Shown here: positions 15,478 to 30,232 of the stretch, piece after piece
Position numbering within the stretch: the stretch's first letter is position 1
Layout: each line of letters starts with the position of its first letter
Origin: Macrostomum lignano
Taxonomy: Eukaryota
Reading direction: 5' to 3'
Length of the DNA stretch: 64,000 nucleotides
Assembly (NCBI GenBank): GCA_002269645.1
Contig: NIVC01000052.1
Coordinates: 434,001-498,000 of the forward strand
Program-made: the position numbers and the translations under genes
Notes under the pieces: model-generated
Databases searched by the model: none
Seen by the model: only the letters and a program-made list of their open reading frames with translations
What the model was told of the DNA's origin: nothing

Positions 15478-16899
15478 TTAAGTATGCTTATTGATGGTTT
15501 CCATATCCGTTTTTTTACAATTTACTGGTACATGTACAGTATGGAAGGCATTTCAAATTCAAATCTTAGCCTTTCCGACCTGATCAGACAGGTCATTTTT
15601 TTCAAATAGAGATTTTTCTTACGAAAATAAGAACCACAGCACATTGGCTAACAAACTAGATTTTACACAGAACTAAAAGAGAATTTAAACAGTAAAAAAT
15701 TATGTGATTGTAAAGCATCCATCTCAAGAACAACTAGAAGCGCGGTTGTAACACCCTGCTGCGTGGTCAGAAGACGCTGATGGATGCTAGGTTGTGCAGA
15801 AGGCAAACTGGTGAAAGGTAGTCCTTCAGTCGTGTCGCTGAGCGTTCAGCTGTGGGTGTGGCCAACTACCGAGGAGCCGACGATTGTCAAGTCCGCGAGT
15901 GCTGCACTGCTGCGCGGTTCCTCGGGTTGGTGGGACGCTGGCGCCTTACGTGGATTGGAAGATGAATGCGCAGAAGCTGTTTTGCTGGCTTTTTGCTTCA
16001 TTTACAATTGGAGGCTGTCGCTTCCCTGCTGGCGGTGATGAGGTGGAGAGAGGAGCTGAGAGGCTACCGCCGTGCTACATCATCAATAAAGGGCGTATCG
16101 AGGCGTGATGAACTGCAATGTGCCTGCGATGGAACATGAGCCTTCGAGCGTTTCACGCCCCGGGTGAATTTCAGATTTTTGCCAATGCCGCCCCACGTTG
16201 CATGAGCGCGGTCAGCTGCTTAATTTTTTACTTCTCTGCCATGTTTGCTGGCTGTAATGACTCAGACTAGCTATTTAGTTTTGGCGAGAGAAAACGATGC
16301 ACTTAACTGAGCCGACTGCTCAATTCAATATATTTATAGGCACGAGAGTATTGCGTAATAAGAATATTGCTATGAAATCATCGACCAAGCCAGCCGTACA
16401 TTATTACCGCGCAGAGCGTACACTACAGTTGCGTTTGGCCAAATGTTTTAAATTCTCAGCATCGACACGGTCTTGGCTCGCCCACCGCCTCCTTAATTTT
16501 CAGGCCGCCGCGTCGCTACTGAGTGGCGCCTACCCGGCCGAGATCAAGGCAGGCAATCGGCAGGCAAGCCCGAGAGTGGTGCGAGTTCTGTGGCATTGAC
16601 TAGATGCGATCCACTATCCTGCAATGTCACATGCTTGATCAACGTACTACCTCACCAACCTGGTCGGCACGCGTCTCAACTCCTACAGCAGCGTCTCGGC
16701 CGTCGCCAGTGCGCTATCGCTTTTAACTCAAGCTCCAGACCTGAAGCGGCCGGTGTCACATGTCATGCTGGTCGAGATGAAGAGTTGATTCGGGAGGTGA
16801 TCAGTCTCCCGAAAACTCCCACTTCCAGACACTTAAGCCTGGGAACAAAATCAGTGATCACTTACTGTTGCGGGCTCCTCTTCTTTGTCGCGCGTAGTT

Positions 16900-17738
16900 T
16901 GTAGAGCTCGTCTCCGTAGAACGGTTCCTCCCGGGGTAGTCTTCTTGAAGTCTAGAGTCGGCCGAAGGTGAGAGCGTAACAATTAAATCGACGTCGTAGT
17001 ATTTCTCGAACGTAAATCAATATAGGCCTTAAACTCAGTAATCAATATCAACGATGTGCCCTTATAACAAAATCAACTTTCTGTAATATCAACGAGGTCC
17101 TCAAAGAAGGGCGTCTTCTTCTAGAAGTAACGGAATCGGAGTCGTGTGCTCCTATCAGTTAATCTAGAATAATCAAATCAACCAATCAATAATCCTCTAA
17201 GGGTATCGGAATCGGTCCGCAGATCCTATCCAATCCCTCAGGAAAATGGGGGGCCTCAAATTCAATTAACTCAGTTAAATCGACTGAACAGTAACGGCCG
17301 GCAATAAAATCGCTCTCAAAATCAATTCAATAACAAAGGCTCGAACAAGAGCTTACCGAACGGTAGGTAGTTCCTCAGAGATGTAGCCTCGCTTAGCTAT
17401 TCCAGCAAGCTCCAAGATCTTCAGAGGCTGCTCCGAGTCTGAGATTTTTAGCTCGGATTTTGGCTTGTATTTATAGGAAAAATTCTTGAGAACAGCTTAT
17501 TTTTACTAGGTGACAGTTTAGCGCTTTGGAAATTTGACCCCTATGGAATACATTAGGTTTGAGCGTCAATACCATATTCGGAGTTCTAAATGGTGTTGCA
17601 AAAGATGGTCATTTGTTGCTTTCGTGGTCTTTAAAAATAGAGTGTGACAATTTGCAGTTTTTACAACATTCAAGTTTTTCGCATTTTTATGTTACTACTT
17701 ACAGTAGTCTGCTTGTAATGCCTCTGGAGATCTCTACA
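16900..17738 (-). mobile_element. Candidate solo LTR, 839 bp
   Basis: TG...CA ends with 9/10 inverted termini (TGTAGAGCTC / TGTAGAGATC); TATA-like CTATAAATAC on minus at 17467-17476; non-coding interior. No convincing TSD, PBS or PPT. Confidence 0.4.
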
Positions 17739-20700
17739 GAGATTTGGTGCTGGTTGCGCTCGTCTGGAAGGCAGCTGGACCGCTTCCTGCAAGACAAGTT
17801 CTCATCGGTCGGTTTCCGCAGCGCAGCGTTCTCAGTCCGCAGCCTACACCGCGGGGTGCGCCCTGGGCTTCAGTGCAAGGCTTGCCCGTCCCCGACATCA
17901 AGAGCATCGCGGTACCTGCCTTAGTTTCACCGGGTGGTAGAGGCGGATGTCCACTTCGCCGCTGGAGTTTCAGCTCCAATTTTAGTGCGCAAGACTATCG
18001 TTTTTCTTTTTGGTTTTTCTTTCCCCATTCCTCCGTTTTTTCTTTTCTTTGCTTTGGTTTGGAGGCTTTTGCGTGCTTCTTAGCCATGTTCGGTGTTTTC
18101 TGGACTGGTTCACTAAGGACTTTGGTGTGTGTGCGTGTGTGTGTGTGTGTGTGTGTTTGCGCACGGGGCATTTGTTGGGCCATACGCGTACAACGGGACC
18201 CGCACTGTTGGGCCAAAAAAAATGTTGGGACTGTCCCATCAAGTCCGTCCAACACTTCCAAAAAAGTTACAATAGCAGCTCAAAAAAATACTCTATGGAT
18301 TCAGCTCGACAGCCTCTTTTTGATGGTGCAACTCATTTTTAATAATTTTACTTGCTGTGTCAATAAATAAGCAAAAACTGGCGTCCCAATAAGGAAAAAT
18401 GATACAAAATTCGACCAAATCACTATTGGGACACTGAAATGGCTAATCTGCTCCCGCATATTTTTATTGGTTTTTTCTCATATTTTTACTAATAGTAGAT
18501 TTCAAGCGCATTCATTTGCTGCAGTCTTTGTTTCAAGACGTAAATACATAGCAAACATTAAAATACATACAAAGCAAAGCATAGCAAAACACTTTTAAGG
18601 GTATTTTATTGTCAAAGGATGGTTCTGGATGGAGATAAACCTAAAGAAATGACAAGGGCTTAAATTTACTTCTGACTGTGATGGGCATCAGTACTCTACA
18701 CGAACTAAATTGTTAGGACAGTGTTGCAGTGTTGAATACAACAGCCCACTCTTGTTAGGACTCATGCTATTGACTGCTGCGCGCATTCGATATTCTATAA
18801 ATTGTTGGAACTGTGTGCTAGAGTGTCGTTTACAAAAGCCCACTCATATTAGGACTTACCCCGTACATGTTAGGACTAAGCCCTACCCCCCTGTGTACAT
18901 GGCTCCAATTTACCAGAGTCCCCTTGCTAGTTAAGTGTACATTTATTTTGGTCTATTATTGACGCCACCCCGCAAACGTACGGTAAACAAAATTGGCATG
19001 TACTCGCCATGCTGAAATCAATGGTCAACTCTGCCTCTGCCATGGCACCCGAGTCACCATGGTATGGAAAGAACAGCATGGAATGGCACAGCGATAAACA
19101 TGTAAGTGGTATTAAAAAACTTTGTCGGAAACAAGAAGCATTTATATTTAAATGCTATAAAAAAGACTGCTCCTGCTAAGCAGTACCTACCTTTACTTCA
19201 GGTATATCACCTTTGATCAACTGCCATGTGGCGCAATTGCCAAAGGATCCGTCGACTTTAACCGGTAAGCTGTAAAAGCTTTGAGTAAAACTTGACATTT
19301 CGTCTGAATCCATTGACATTCAATAGCCTACGTGTCCAACAACAAAAATTATAAGTTTTGTACTTTTAACTCTCAGATCGGGTCTTAGCAGATTCTATAG
19401 CTATGCATGCAAGGGCCCCTCAGAGGAGATGCTTAAACACTGCAGTGCATTTTTCCTAGCAATTATTGGGACACGAAGTGTTGGGCCACTGTGTGTGTGT
19501 CTAGTTTTTTCCGCATTTGTTAAGTCACCTAAAGAACTCAATTAATAAAGGGCTCCAGAACAAATTGATGGGCAAACGGATGACACACTGCACAGAGACT
19601 TGTTGGGACATATTAAAAACAGCTTCTTTTAGAATGGGTACACTTTACTAAAGTAGAATGCTCCTACAGAAAGCTGCAAGCAAACTAGCATCTTCTGGAG
19701 CTGACATGCAGAGAAGAATGATTTTGTCGTCCTTAAAATCACTAAATCGATATGCGAAATCGATCTTTTGCTAATCCCACCACAGGTTCCAATGAAAAGA
19801 AGAAACGAAACCCATTGACTAAATTGGCAGTCGACTCAATCGATGCCGACTGCAACGGACCTGTCAGCTTCGAACTCAGGAGAGCAGCTAATAGACTACG
19901 AGCGTAATGCTGAATGCCAGAGTGCTCTAAATAACGAGACTCCTGTTTTCTCACTCGACCGGAATTTGTTGTTTAATCTGCTTAACTAATCTCTGCCTTT
20001 CAGTTTTTCAGTTTCACTGTCAATTTTAGGTTTTTTTCTAAGCGCAAGTGTAATTGAATTTTTTATTCATATTAGTCAGGCATATTGCGTACAGCATTAT
20101 AGCGTATTAGTAAAGGTAAAGGTAAATAGACTGCTTGTAACTAGTTTTTCCTTCATGTGGATTGGCTTTAACGAAGCCTTTTGTATTTCAAGTAATGCTG
20201 AATTCGCTGGACTGAGGACAATATAGTTACACGATGATATGCTATTCCTTCACTTTCAATAGATCATACTATTAGTATGGGACGTGCTTTTTTATTTCAA
20301 TGTATGCTTTTTTCATCATTTAAATGCTAAAAATACTTAATAGGTCATTGCACTGTGTGTATGTGTGTGTTTTCGTGTGTCAAAAAAATTGCAAAATAAG
20401 TGCCCACCATTGTATACCGTACCAACAAGTGCCCGGTGCGTGATTGTGTGTGTGTGTGTGTGTGTGTGCACCTGTGCAAATTAACCGGTTTTACTGATCA
20501 GTCCAGATGCGTTATCTCTATTCCCCGCCCTCCTGCCCCTCTGCCTCGTGCGCATGCTTGTACTCATGCTCTTCGGGGGAGGGAGGTTGGTGCTGGTTTG
20601 AGGTGGTGGGCCTCCATCCAGTTTTAAAGGTCTGCATGCATTCTGCCCCTGCGGTTTATTGAATTTTTTTTTATTGTGTGCTATATTTCCGCTTGCTTGC

Positions 20701-23024
20701 TTGACTAAATTTTATTGCTTAATTAATTTTCTTTTAACTTCCGTTCCTCCCGAATTGCACAAATAAACGGCGCTTTGTATTGTTTGGATCACGAACTACT
20801 TTTGCGAGCCTTCGCTGACTTCGAAAGCTGAATTCGCTGACTAGAAAAGCTAATTCTTCGAAATCTCTCAATCCTATTATAGCCAGATGGTCAATCTGCA
20901 TTTTCTGTGCTTTATTAGTTGAGAACTCTTAAGAAAGTCGAATTGTTCTGACAGCCTCGGAACGTGGTTAATGCGAGCCTGCATGATCGATCGTCCGATA
21001 TTCGATTAAGATACTTTTCGTGGCTTCGACTTAATAGTCCTCTTTCAGAAGCCAGGTTTTTTGTGACTGCGCAGTTATTTAGTTCAATCTGGCAGCAGTT
21101 CGATATTAGAGTCTGATCCCAACGCTGAAATACAGTGTTTTGAGATTAAACTTTACAGTCGAATTTAATCTTCATATTTTTCGTGCAATTACGAGCTCGA
21201 GCGTTTTAATTCACGTAAGTTTATTTTGTCCGTTCACTTGCATTTTTGGGTAATTGCGAGCTGGAAATATAGTTAACATGTCGTTAAAATCTCGTATTTT
21301 TAATGAGCGGATTAACAATTTAGTGAAGAAGTTTCCATAGTTATTTTCCATAGGCGACATCGCCAGGGGTGCCTTCCTAGGGTCGTCATTCCCAGGAGCG
21401 CCATACCAAGACGCTTTCCCACGGGCGCTGAAGCTGCTGCAATTATAGGTGGTGCCACATGTTTATGCTATAGTCCTACCTAGCAGACACAACATTTTAG
21501 AAGTGAATTCAGGAAAATAAATGATGACGGGACAGTGTTCTCATTCCTAAAAAATTCTTATAATGGTAGAATATAAAATTTAGGATTTTTAGCTACAGCT
21601 AATGGATGAACGCCTATTAGAGATTCAAGTTTAATCTACAAACTCTACGAAAACACAACCTGCAGAGACGTACGTTCTTTGAAGCAAGACTTTCAGTCCG
21701 ATATTTTTCCCAGAAACGTGCTCTCACCTGCGCAGTCAGGTAGAGTTCATCGTGCTTTTCTATCTTTCAATTTAGTAATCACTGGTGTATGAAATGCTTT
21801 TTAATTAAATAGCGTCGACTCGTGATTGACTGACATTCAAAGGGGGAGCGAGCCATCAGCGAAGTTATCCGCTAATTCATCAGAGAGTGGTGAAAAAAAT
21901 TGCATTTGAAGCTGGGAGTCTACGCGCGTGCATGCGTAAATAAATAAATTTTCGCTGGAGCATTGTGGGCTACCCTGGCGCATCCTTCCCGCAACCAGCA
22001 CTGCGGAGGCAACTCCAGCGTACCATTCCACTGATTCATGAGCATACAAGCGCCAATACTGTAGGCAGGCACACGTTCTTAGACGCAAAGGTCATCGTCA
22101 CGTCAGCGCGATCGGATTATTTAGGCAGGTTTTTTTAATGCATTCAAGTGCTATTTAAACAGACAGACAACACGAGCGCCATCTGCCATAAATTTCCATC
22201 AGATGCAGCAGTATGTCATCAATAGTTAATAATCAACAGATAAGTACTCCTTTGCTGTAGCTGTAATGCTACCCGAGCCCAGTATGTATAGGGGAGCTCA
22301 CTGGGTGCTTTTATTCACAGCAATCTACATATAATCTTCTCTATATATCATTATACAGGCTAAAATTGCATGCACTATTTAAGATCAATTCTGGTGAAAA
22401 GGAATTCCTGCAATTGCTATTTGGCTAACAACTTGCCTATCGGGTGAGACATTCTGTCAGTTTAGTGGATATAAATCAGATGTCAACTTGAATGACTAAA
22501 GAATCTCTTAAACTAGGTCATTCGACGCGAACTTTGGTACGAGTACAGCCATGCAGCTGCAGAGCGAGCATTTGCACTTTTATAATACAGAATTTTCGAA
22601 TGCATTTTCATCATCTATTCAAAAATAAATATAATGTACCGGATCGGAGATACTCAATAGCATTGGGAGTGTAAATTACGCAGAAACAAAGAAAATTTTC
22701 TAATAAAGTGCATTGCTTGTAAACTGATGCGATTGAGATGGACAATGGGGCGAGAAGTGTAGCTAATCTGACTAGCGTGACCATGATTGATGCACCGGTT
22801 AATACAATGGATAAATAATCACATATTACCCATTGCTAGCTTCTGGTTGTTCTCACCTACATGTAAGGTTTTCTGGCTTCTGCAGAGAGACAAATATGGG
22901 TTTTTTAATGTTCTGACTCTTCATGATCGACTGTTTGATAAAGTTGTCTCTACATTGTAGATTGCTTTCCGTGACAATAAAAAAAGCGAGTGCGATACCT
23001 GAATAGTTTCAAACGTCAATTATC

Positions 23025-24105
23025 AATTATCAAGTATCAATTATCAATTATCAATTATCAAGTATCAAATATCAAATATCAAGTATCAAATATCCAGTAT
23101 CAAATATCAAGTATCAAATATCAAGTATCAAATATCAAGTATCAAATATCAAGTATCAAAAATCAAGTATCAAATATCCAGTATCAAATATCAAGTATCA
23201 AATATCAAGTATCAAATATCAAGTATCAAATATCAAGTATCAAATATCAAGTATCAAATATCAAGTATCAAATATCAAGTATCAAATATCAAGTATTAAG
23301 TATCAAATATCAAGTATCAAATATCAAGTATCAAATATCAAGTATCAAATATCAAGTATCAAATATCAAGTATCAAATATCAAGTATCAAATATCCAGTA
23401 TCAAATATCAAGTATCAAATATCAAGTATCAAATATCAAGTATCAAATATCAAGTATCAAATATCAAGTATCAAATATCAAGTATCAAATATCAAGTATT
23501 AAGTATTAAGTGTTAAGTATCAAGCATCAAGCACCAATCATCAAGTATCAAATATTAAGTATCAAATATCAAATATGATATATCAAGTATATCATGTATA
23601 TATGAGTATATATCAAGAGTATATATCAAGAGTATATATCAATGAGTATATATCAAGTATATATCAAGTATATCAAATATGATAATATCAAGTATCAAAT
23701 ATCAAGTATCAAATATCAAGTATCAAATATCCAGTATCAAATATCAAGTATCAAATATCAAGTATCAAATATCAAGTATCAAATATCAAGTATCAAATAT
23801 CAAGTATCAAATATCAAGTATCAAATATCAAGTATTAAGTATTAAGTGTTAAGTATCAAGCATCAAGCACCAATCATCAAGTATCAAATATTAAGTATCA
23901 AATATCAAGTATTAAGTATCAAATATCAAGTATCAAATATCAAGTATCAAATATCAAGTATCAAATATCAAGTATCAAGTATCAAGTATCAAGTATCAAA
24001 TATCAAGTATCAAATATCAAGTATCAAATATCAAGTATCAAATATTAAGTATCAAATATCAAGTGTTAAGTATCAAGCATCAAGCACCAATCATCAAGTA
24101 TCAAA
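23025..24105. repeat. 7-bp satellite (TATCAAA/TATCAAG)n
   Basis: Alternating 7-mers forming a 14-bp unit, with a duplicated interruption block (AGTGTTAAGTATCAAGCATCAAGCACCAATCATC). Confidence 0.95.
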
Positions 24106-26222
24106 TGAGTTTTGTTAGACTGCGACAATCAGTAAGAGTACACGATAGAAAAAATGCAGCTTCTCGCGAGAGAGAGCCTGAATATTGGGGCAAGGCTGAA
24201 TCCAAGCAACACAGCAGGAACATAATTTGAAAATTGCCGAAAAAAGAGGTTAATAAAAGACCGAAGCTTTTCCCGAAATTCATAATTAAAATGCCCCATC
24301 CGGAGGCTTCCAGCAACAGTTATAATTTGCACCTATGCAAGGCTTGAATTGCAATCTCTCGCTTTGATCGGTGAGGCGTTGAGTTGAGAGAAATTAAAAA
24401 AACAGCCGGCAGAGCACGCTCGGAGAGGGCGGAAGCTGAGCTGACAATTTCTGGAACAGCACAGGAAAGCCAAGTTGACAGCTCATCATCCATCGGCACT
24501 CGCAGGGAAACAGTCAATCTCGCCGCGTGTTGTCACTTGCTGTTCGTCTTAGGATGAGGCACTTCCGGAACTTCCGGTACAGCTGGGGCGCCGTTGAAAT
24601 GCTCAAAAAAGCTTTTGACAGTAAGATTCAAATTGGACAGCCGGACAGAGGTGATAATGGGTCTTCAGAGGTCGAGTCCTCCTTAAAAATATTCGCTCGC
24701 GTTCATGAAGCGAACCGAAGATGATCTCAGAAACAGCTCGATACGCTCCATGTGCTATTTATTTAAGATTAAAAGATTTTTCAACTCAATCACGATGGTA
24801 TGTAAAACTTTTGGATTTCCATAAGGTGTTTCAAAAATTAAGAGTATCTCAAAGTTTATTGGGGGGGCTTCGCCCCGCTAACAGCCTGATATCAGAAACC
24901 CACAACAATACGGACACGAAACCGAAAAAACCGAAAGAAAATTTTTTTATTTCCAAGAAAAAATTGCGAAAATTGGTGCGTGTAGATTTCTGTTTCACAT
25001 AAAACAACTTTACATGTGCAGGACGAACACACGATATGGCCAGCTGAAGCAGAATGAATGATGCTGCGAAACTCGAAAATCGTGCAAATCTGGTTGGAGG
25101 CCTTAAGTTCCGGTTTTTTCAACACTAAATTCCCTTCATCTCACCTTCTGAACTTTCGAAAATCCAGAGAAAATCCATCCTAAAAATTACACTAAAGAGG
25201 CACAAAATCACGCCTTGCCTTGAATGGAATTTGGAAATCCAGAAAGTGAGATATCGGGAATTTAGTGCTGAAAAATTCAAAACATCCCATCTAGCGAGAT
25301 TGGCACGAATTGCAACTGCATCGCATCGTCATTTTGCTACAGCTTCCATAGATGGACGAAACAGTGATGGTGCAGTGACACTGACTCAAGCAAAAAAACA
25401 AACACAAACAGATGCAGCGAAACTTGAACCAAAAAGTACTTTATATTGCACAAAACTACAAATACAAAAATATAGAAAACACAATTCCTCCATGCTCAGT
25501 AACCATTCGTAATCAAAAGCGTTTTTGTGCATGAAAAATCTGCGAAAATCGAAGATGACTCTCCAGCCTCTTTGATGGGGATTGAAAATAACCAAAAGGC
25601 CAAAGTGAAAGCTAAAGTTATCAACTGTTCATCAATAAGGCCTGATCAGTTGAGTAGATAAAAGAGTCGAATATGATAGAAGTACATCGACAAATTTTCC
25701 TTCCAACCCACACAGAATCGAGGATAAAATCTTTAGGAGCTGATTCTAAACTGATCGATCTGGGAGCTTGGCCTGTGATCAAGGACTACGAAAGGAGATT
25801 TTACAAAAAAACACAGAATCTCCATGAAGCTGCTTTGACTCGATTCAATCTGTCAGTGCATGACTGTCAGTGGTGTGCGGATTAAATATCTGTTTCTTTC
25901 CCGGGACTTTTGCGATTCATTGCCACCCCCCCCCCCTGTAACCATCATCTAAACGGGTTGACTGGTTGAAATTTCTGTAAACCCTCACAAGACTATTATT
26001 TACTATAAACCTGTAAAATATTGAACCCACGAACGCGTAAAAGACAGGACTTTCTGGGTCACCCGTGATACGCTCGATATTCCCTGTTCAAGCGTAAGGC
26101 ACAATCCCCAACTCTATTTTAACGTCGGAATAGAACCAGAGGTCGTTTGCATTTGCAAATGCAAACATGCATTTGTTGGACCCCAAAACGGCTCGAAAAT
26201 GATGCAAAACAGAACGGGAAAC

Positions 26223-29200
26223 TCAGTGCGACTCAGAAGAAGCTGCCTCAGCCGCATCCTCTTCTTGGGGCGTCTTCTTCGCTACCGGCACCAGCCGCAG
26301 CGCCTGGACCTCGGCTGATCCGCCTTCGGCGACGTCCCCGCGGCTGCGGCTGCTCGACCGGCGCAATCGGGACGCCCCGCAGGCCGGCTCTCCTCCTCGG
26401 CCGCCAATGAGGCCTCGGCGGCCGATGTCGCCGCCGAAGCGTCGCACACAGAAGCAGCCGACGATGGCCTGGAAGACGGCCAGGTAGCCGGCGCTGAACT
26501 CGCGATTCGACACGCCGTAGACCAAGAAATTGACGGTGGAGTTGAAGTGGGCCAGCAGCAGGCAGTAGGCGTGCAGCTGAGCCGGCAGCCGGTTCTCCGG
26601 ATCCGACACGATCACCGTGGCGTAGGGCGTCCACGTGACCACCAGCACGGCGAACACCATGAACAGGGTGCGCGCCAGGCGGAATGAAGCCGATGAGGAG
26701 CTCCAGCTGCCCCAGCTGCTACCGCCGCCGCCGCCGCCGCCACTGATGTCACCGCTCCGACGAACCACCGGCGCGGGCTTGCGAAGCCGCCGCCTGGACG
26801 AGCGAAAGTGCAGAAAGATGCGGGCGTAGCAGAACGCGATCACCAGGCAGGGGGCGCAGACGCCGCAGAGGGAGAAGAACACGGTGTAGGTGCGCGAGGC
26901 CAGCCGGTCCCACAGACACGCGAAACTCTTGCGATCGTATGAGTGGCCGCGCCAGCCGATGAAGTTGGGCGACTCAAGCAGGAAGCTGGCCACCCACAGG
27001 CCCAGGCAGGCGCACAGAGTGCTACGCTGTGTGTAGATCCGATCGTAGTGCCGCGTGTGGCAGATGTGCACGTACCTGTTGACTGCGATGGCTCCGATGG
27101 TGAGCAGTGAGCAATAGCAGGAGGTCAGGCACACGGCGGCCACAACTTCGCATAGGACGGGCCGATTCTCGAAGTAGATTTCGCCGTGTAGGATACCTGA
27201 GCGAAGTTTCGTTATGAGCTGTGCCTATAGGTTTCAAAGTACATGCATAAAGGACTTCTGGTCAAGCGTTAGCAGAGTGATGAAATGCTAATACAGAGGC
27301 TTAATTAGTTTTCTATGAGCTGATTGCACGGGAAGATTTCAGAATGGTGTGATTTCTGGCAGAACTCGTCTCAAAGCTCATTACAGTGGAATAATTCTCT
27401 CTGAAAGCTCCTCTTTTATCTTTGTGGTGACTGAAAGGCCGTCTTCGGTAAAAGCCTCAATAAAGGAAGCAGCACCTGGGGTACTCAAAGGGGGGGATTA
27501 TCGCTAATAAACAAATAAAAGCTGCCATGTTTCCGGCAACGCTCAGAAAGAGCCGCACTCACTGGGGTGTAAGGCATTGGAGCCCTGATTAGCGGGCTGC
27601 TGGTGCGGAGGGCTCAGCTGAAGCGAAGGTAGAGACAAGAGGAGCTTAAAAGGGCTAGAAATTAAGACGGGCGAGAGCTGCTAAAAGCCGACAGAAGAAG
27701 ATGGCAGTCAAATTCCTTTTTTAGAAGGGCTTCTTCTGTTTTGGGAGATCAGGGAAAATTGAACTGAAAATATTGAGTAATGCGGAAAGAAAGAAATGAG
27801 AGACATTAATGAGAGGCACGAAAGGCAGGTAATTAATTACCTGCTTGTTGTAATGTCCCATGTGTGTTTTAATGACACACCACACCTCGCCTGAGCAACT
27901 GACCAAATATAAACAGTTTTGAAAGCAGCGTTTAACGTCTGCACCGGCTGAACTCACCAACAATGCCAAATGGATCAACGAACAGAGTGATGCACAGGTC
28001 CGCGACTGCCAGGTTCACGATGAAGTAATTGCCGATCTGCCGTAGTGACTAAAATGAGAAAGTCTTTATTGCGTGTTTCCGTCTCATCATTCTCAATACT
28101 AGTCTCATCATGCTCAAGCTAGTCTCATCATTCTCAATCCTAGTCTCATCATTCTCAAGCCTAGTCTCATCATGCTCAAGCCTATTCTCATCATTCTCAA
28201 TCCTAGTCTCATCATTGTCAAGACTAGTCTCATCATTCTCAAGCCTAGTCTCATCATTCTCAAGCCTAGTCTCATCATGCTCAAGCCTATAATTCTCATC
28301 ATTCTCAATCCTAGTCTCATCATTCTCAAGCATAGTCTCCTACTTCTCAAGCCTAGTCTCATCATGCTCAAGCTAGTCTCATCATACTCAATACTAGTCT
28401 CATCATGCTCAAGCCTATTCTCATCATTCTCAATCCTAGTCTCATCATTGTCAAGACTAGTCTCATCATTCTCAAGCCTAGTCTCATCATGCTCAAGCCT
28501 ATTCTCATCATTCTCAATCCTAGTCTCATCATTGTCAAGACTAGTCTCATCATGCTCAAGCCTAGTCTCATCATGCTTAAGCCTATTATCATCATTCTCA
28601 ATCCTAGTCTCATCATTGTCAAGACTAGTCTCATCATGCTCAAGCCTAGTCTCATCATGCTTAAGCCTATTATCATCATTCTCAATCCTAGTCTCATCAT
28701 TGTCAAGACTAGTCTCATCATGCTCAAGCCTAGTCTCATCATGCTCAAGCCTATTCTCATCATTCTCAATCCTAGTCTCATCATTGTCAAGACTAGTCTC
28801 ATCATGCTCAAGCCTAGTCTCATCATGCTCAAGCCTATTCTCATCATTCTCAATCCTAGTCTCATCATTGTCAAGACTAGTCTCATAATTCTCAAGCCTA
28901 GTCTCATCATGCTCAAGCCTATTCTCATCATTCTCAATCCTAGTCTCATCATTGTCAAGACTAGTCTCATCATGCTCAAGCCTAGTCTCATCATGCTCAA
29001 GCCTATTCTCATCATTCTCAATCCTAGTCTCATCATTCTCAAGCCTAGTCTCATCATGCTCAAGCCTATTCTCATCATTCTCAATCCTAGTCTCATCATT
29101 GTCAAGACTAGTATCATCATTCTCAAGCATAGTCTCCTCATGCTCAAGCCTAGTCTCATCATGCTCAAGCTAGTCTCATCATTCTCAATACTAGTCTCAT

Positions 29201-30232
29201 AATTCTCAATACTAGTCTCGTCATGCTCAATCCTTGTATCATCATTCTCAAGCCTAGTCTCATCATTCTCAAGCCTAGTCTCATCATGCTCAAGCCTATT
29301 CTCATCATTCTCAATCCTAGTCTCATCATTGTCAAGACTAGTATCATCATTCTCAAGCATAGTCTCCTCATGCTCAAGCCTAGTCTCATCATGCTCAAGC
29401 TAGTCTCATCATTCTCAATACTAGTCTCATAATTCTCAATACTAGTCTCGTCATGCTCAATCCTTGTATCATCATTCTCAAGCCTAGTCTCATCATTCTC
29501 AAGCCTAGTCTCATCATGCTCAAGCCTGTTCTCATCATTCTCAAGACTAGTCTCATCATTCTCAAGCCTAGTCTCATCATGCTCAATCCTAGTCTCATCA
29601 TGCTCAAGCCTAGTCTCATCATGCTCAATCCTAGTCTCATCATTCTCAAGCCTAGTCTCATCATGCTCAAGCCTAGTCTCATCATGCTCAAGCCTAGTCT
29701 CATCATGCTCAAGCCTAGTCTCATCATGCTCAAGCCTAGTCTCATCATGCTCAAGCCTAGTCTCATCATGCTCAAGCCTAGTCTCATCATGCTCAATCCT
29801 AGTCTCATCATGCTCAAGCTTAGTCTCACCATGCATAATTGTCATCAGAAGTAATTGAATTAAAATTTCTCTATTAAAAATTCAAACCTTCCGAAAAACA
29901 ACAGCTAAGATGACCAGGACATTTCCTATGCTGCCGAGAGTTGTTCCGGTGAACAGAATCAACAGGCCAGGAAAAGTCACCTCTGCGAATGTCGGGAAAT
30001 ATTAAAGAGGCAATTTAAAAAGATTAGCTAATGCACTCATGACCCAATCAATCTGCATACGTCTAGCTAATGGGGTCTAAACCTGGAAGCAAGTTACCAG
30101 CAAATCCCTGTCCCCAGACCAATCTGAATAATGCATTAAAACACAAAATTAATCAAGGAACTCACCGGGCATGACATAAAGCAGACTCTCCTTTGTGTAG
30201 TTGTATGAGACTCCTAATCCAGAGATGTCCAT
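26223..30232 (-). CDS. Class A (rhodopsin-like) GPCR, melatonin-receptor-like, 408 aa, 4 coding exons
   Basis: Exons 30232-30166 (MDISGLGVSYNYT..., N-glycosylation sequon), 29982-29888 (TM1 GNVLVILAV), 28048-27958 (TM2 NLAVADL) and 27196-26223 join in frame (67+95+91+974=1227 nt). TM3 ends in NRY, followed by HICH, CY in TM5, TWTPY in TM6 and AHFNSTVNFLVYG in TM7, resembling melatonin receptors (NRY, CYICH, NSCLNAIIYG). Confidence 0.9.
28080..29830. repeat. 21-bp minisatellite (CTAGTCTCATCATGCTCAAGC)n in a GPCR intron
   Basis: About 80 variant copies between the TM1 and TM2 exons. Confidence 0.95.

Noticed and set aside
15720-16150. GC-richer patch with PFIDDV on minus, reminiscent of an RT YxDD motif
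   Set aside because: A stop follows within four codons and no other RT motifs are recognisable.
18000-26100. Scattered short ORFs, (GT)n tracts and small inverted words (GTCCCAATA/TATTGGGAC)
   Set aside because: No recognisable domains, termini or splice chains; probably decayed repeats and intergenic DNA.
28049-29854. ORFs of up to 338 aa (ENDETRLEHDETR...) resembling coiled-coil repeat proteins
   Set aside because: A 21-bp array inside the GPCR intron; stop-free because the unit is 7 codons.
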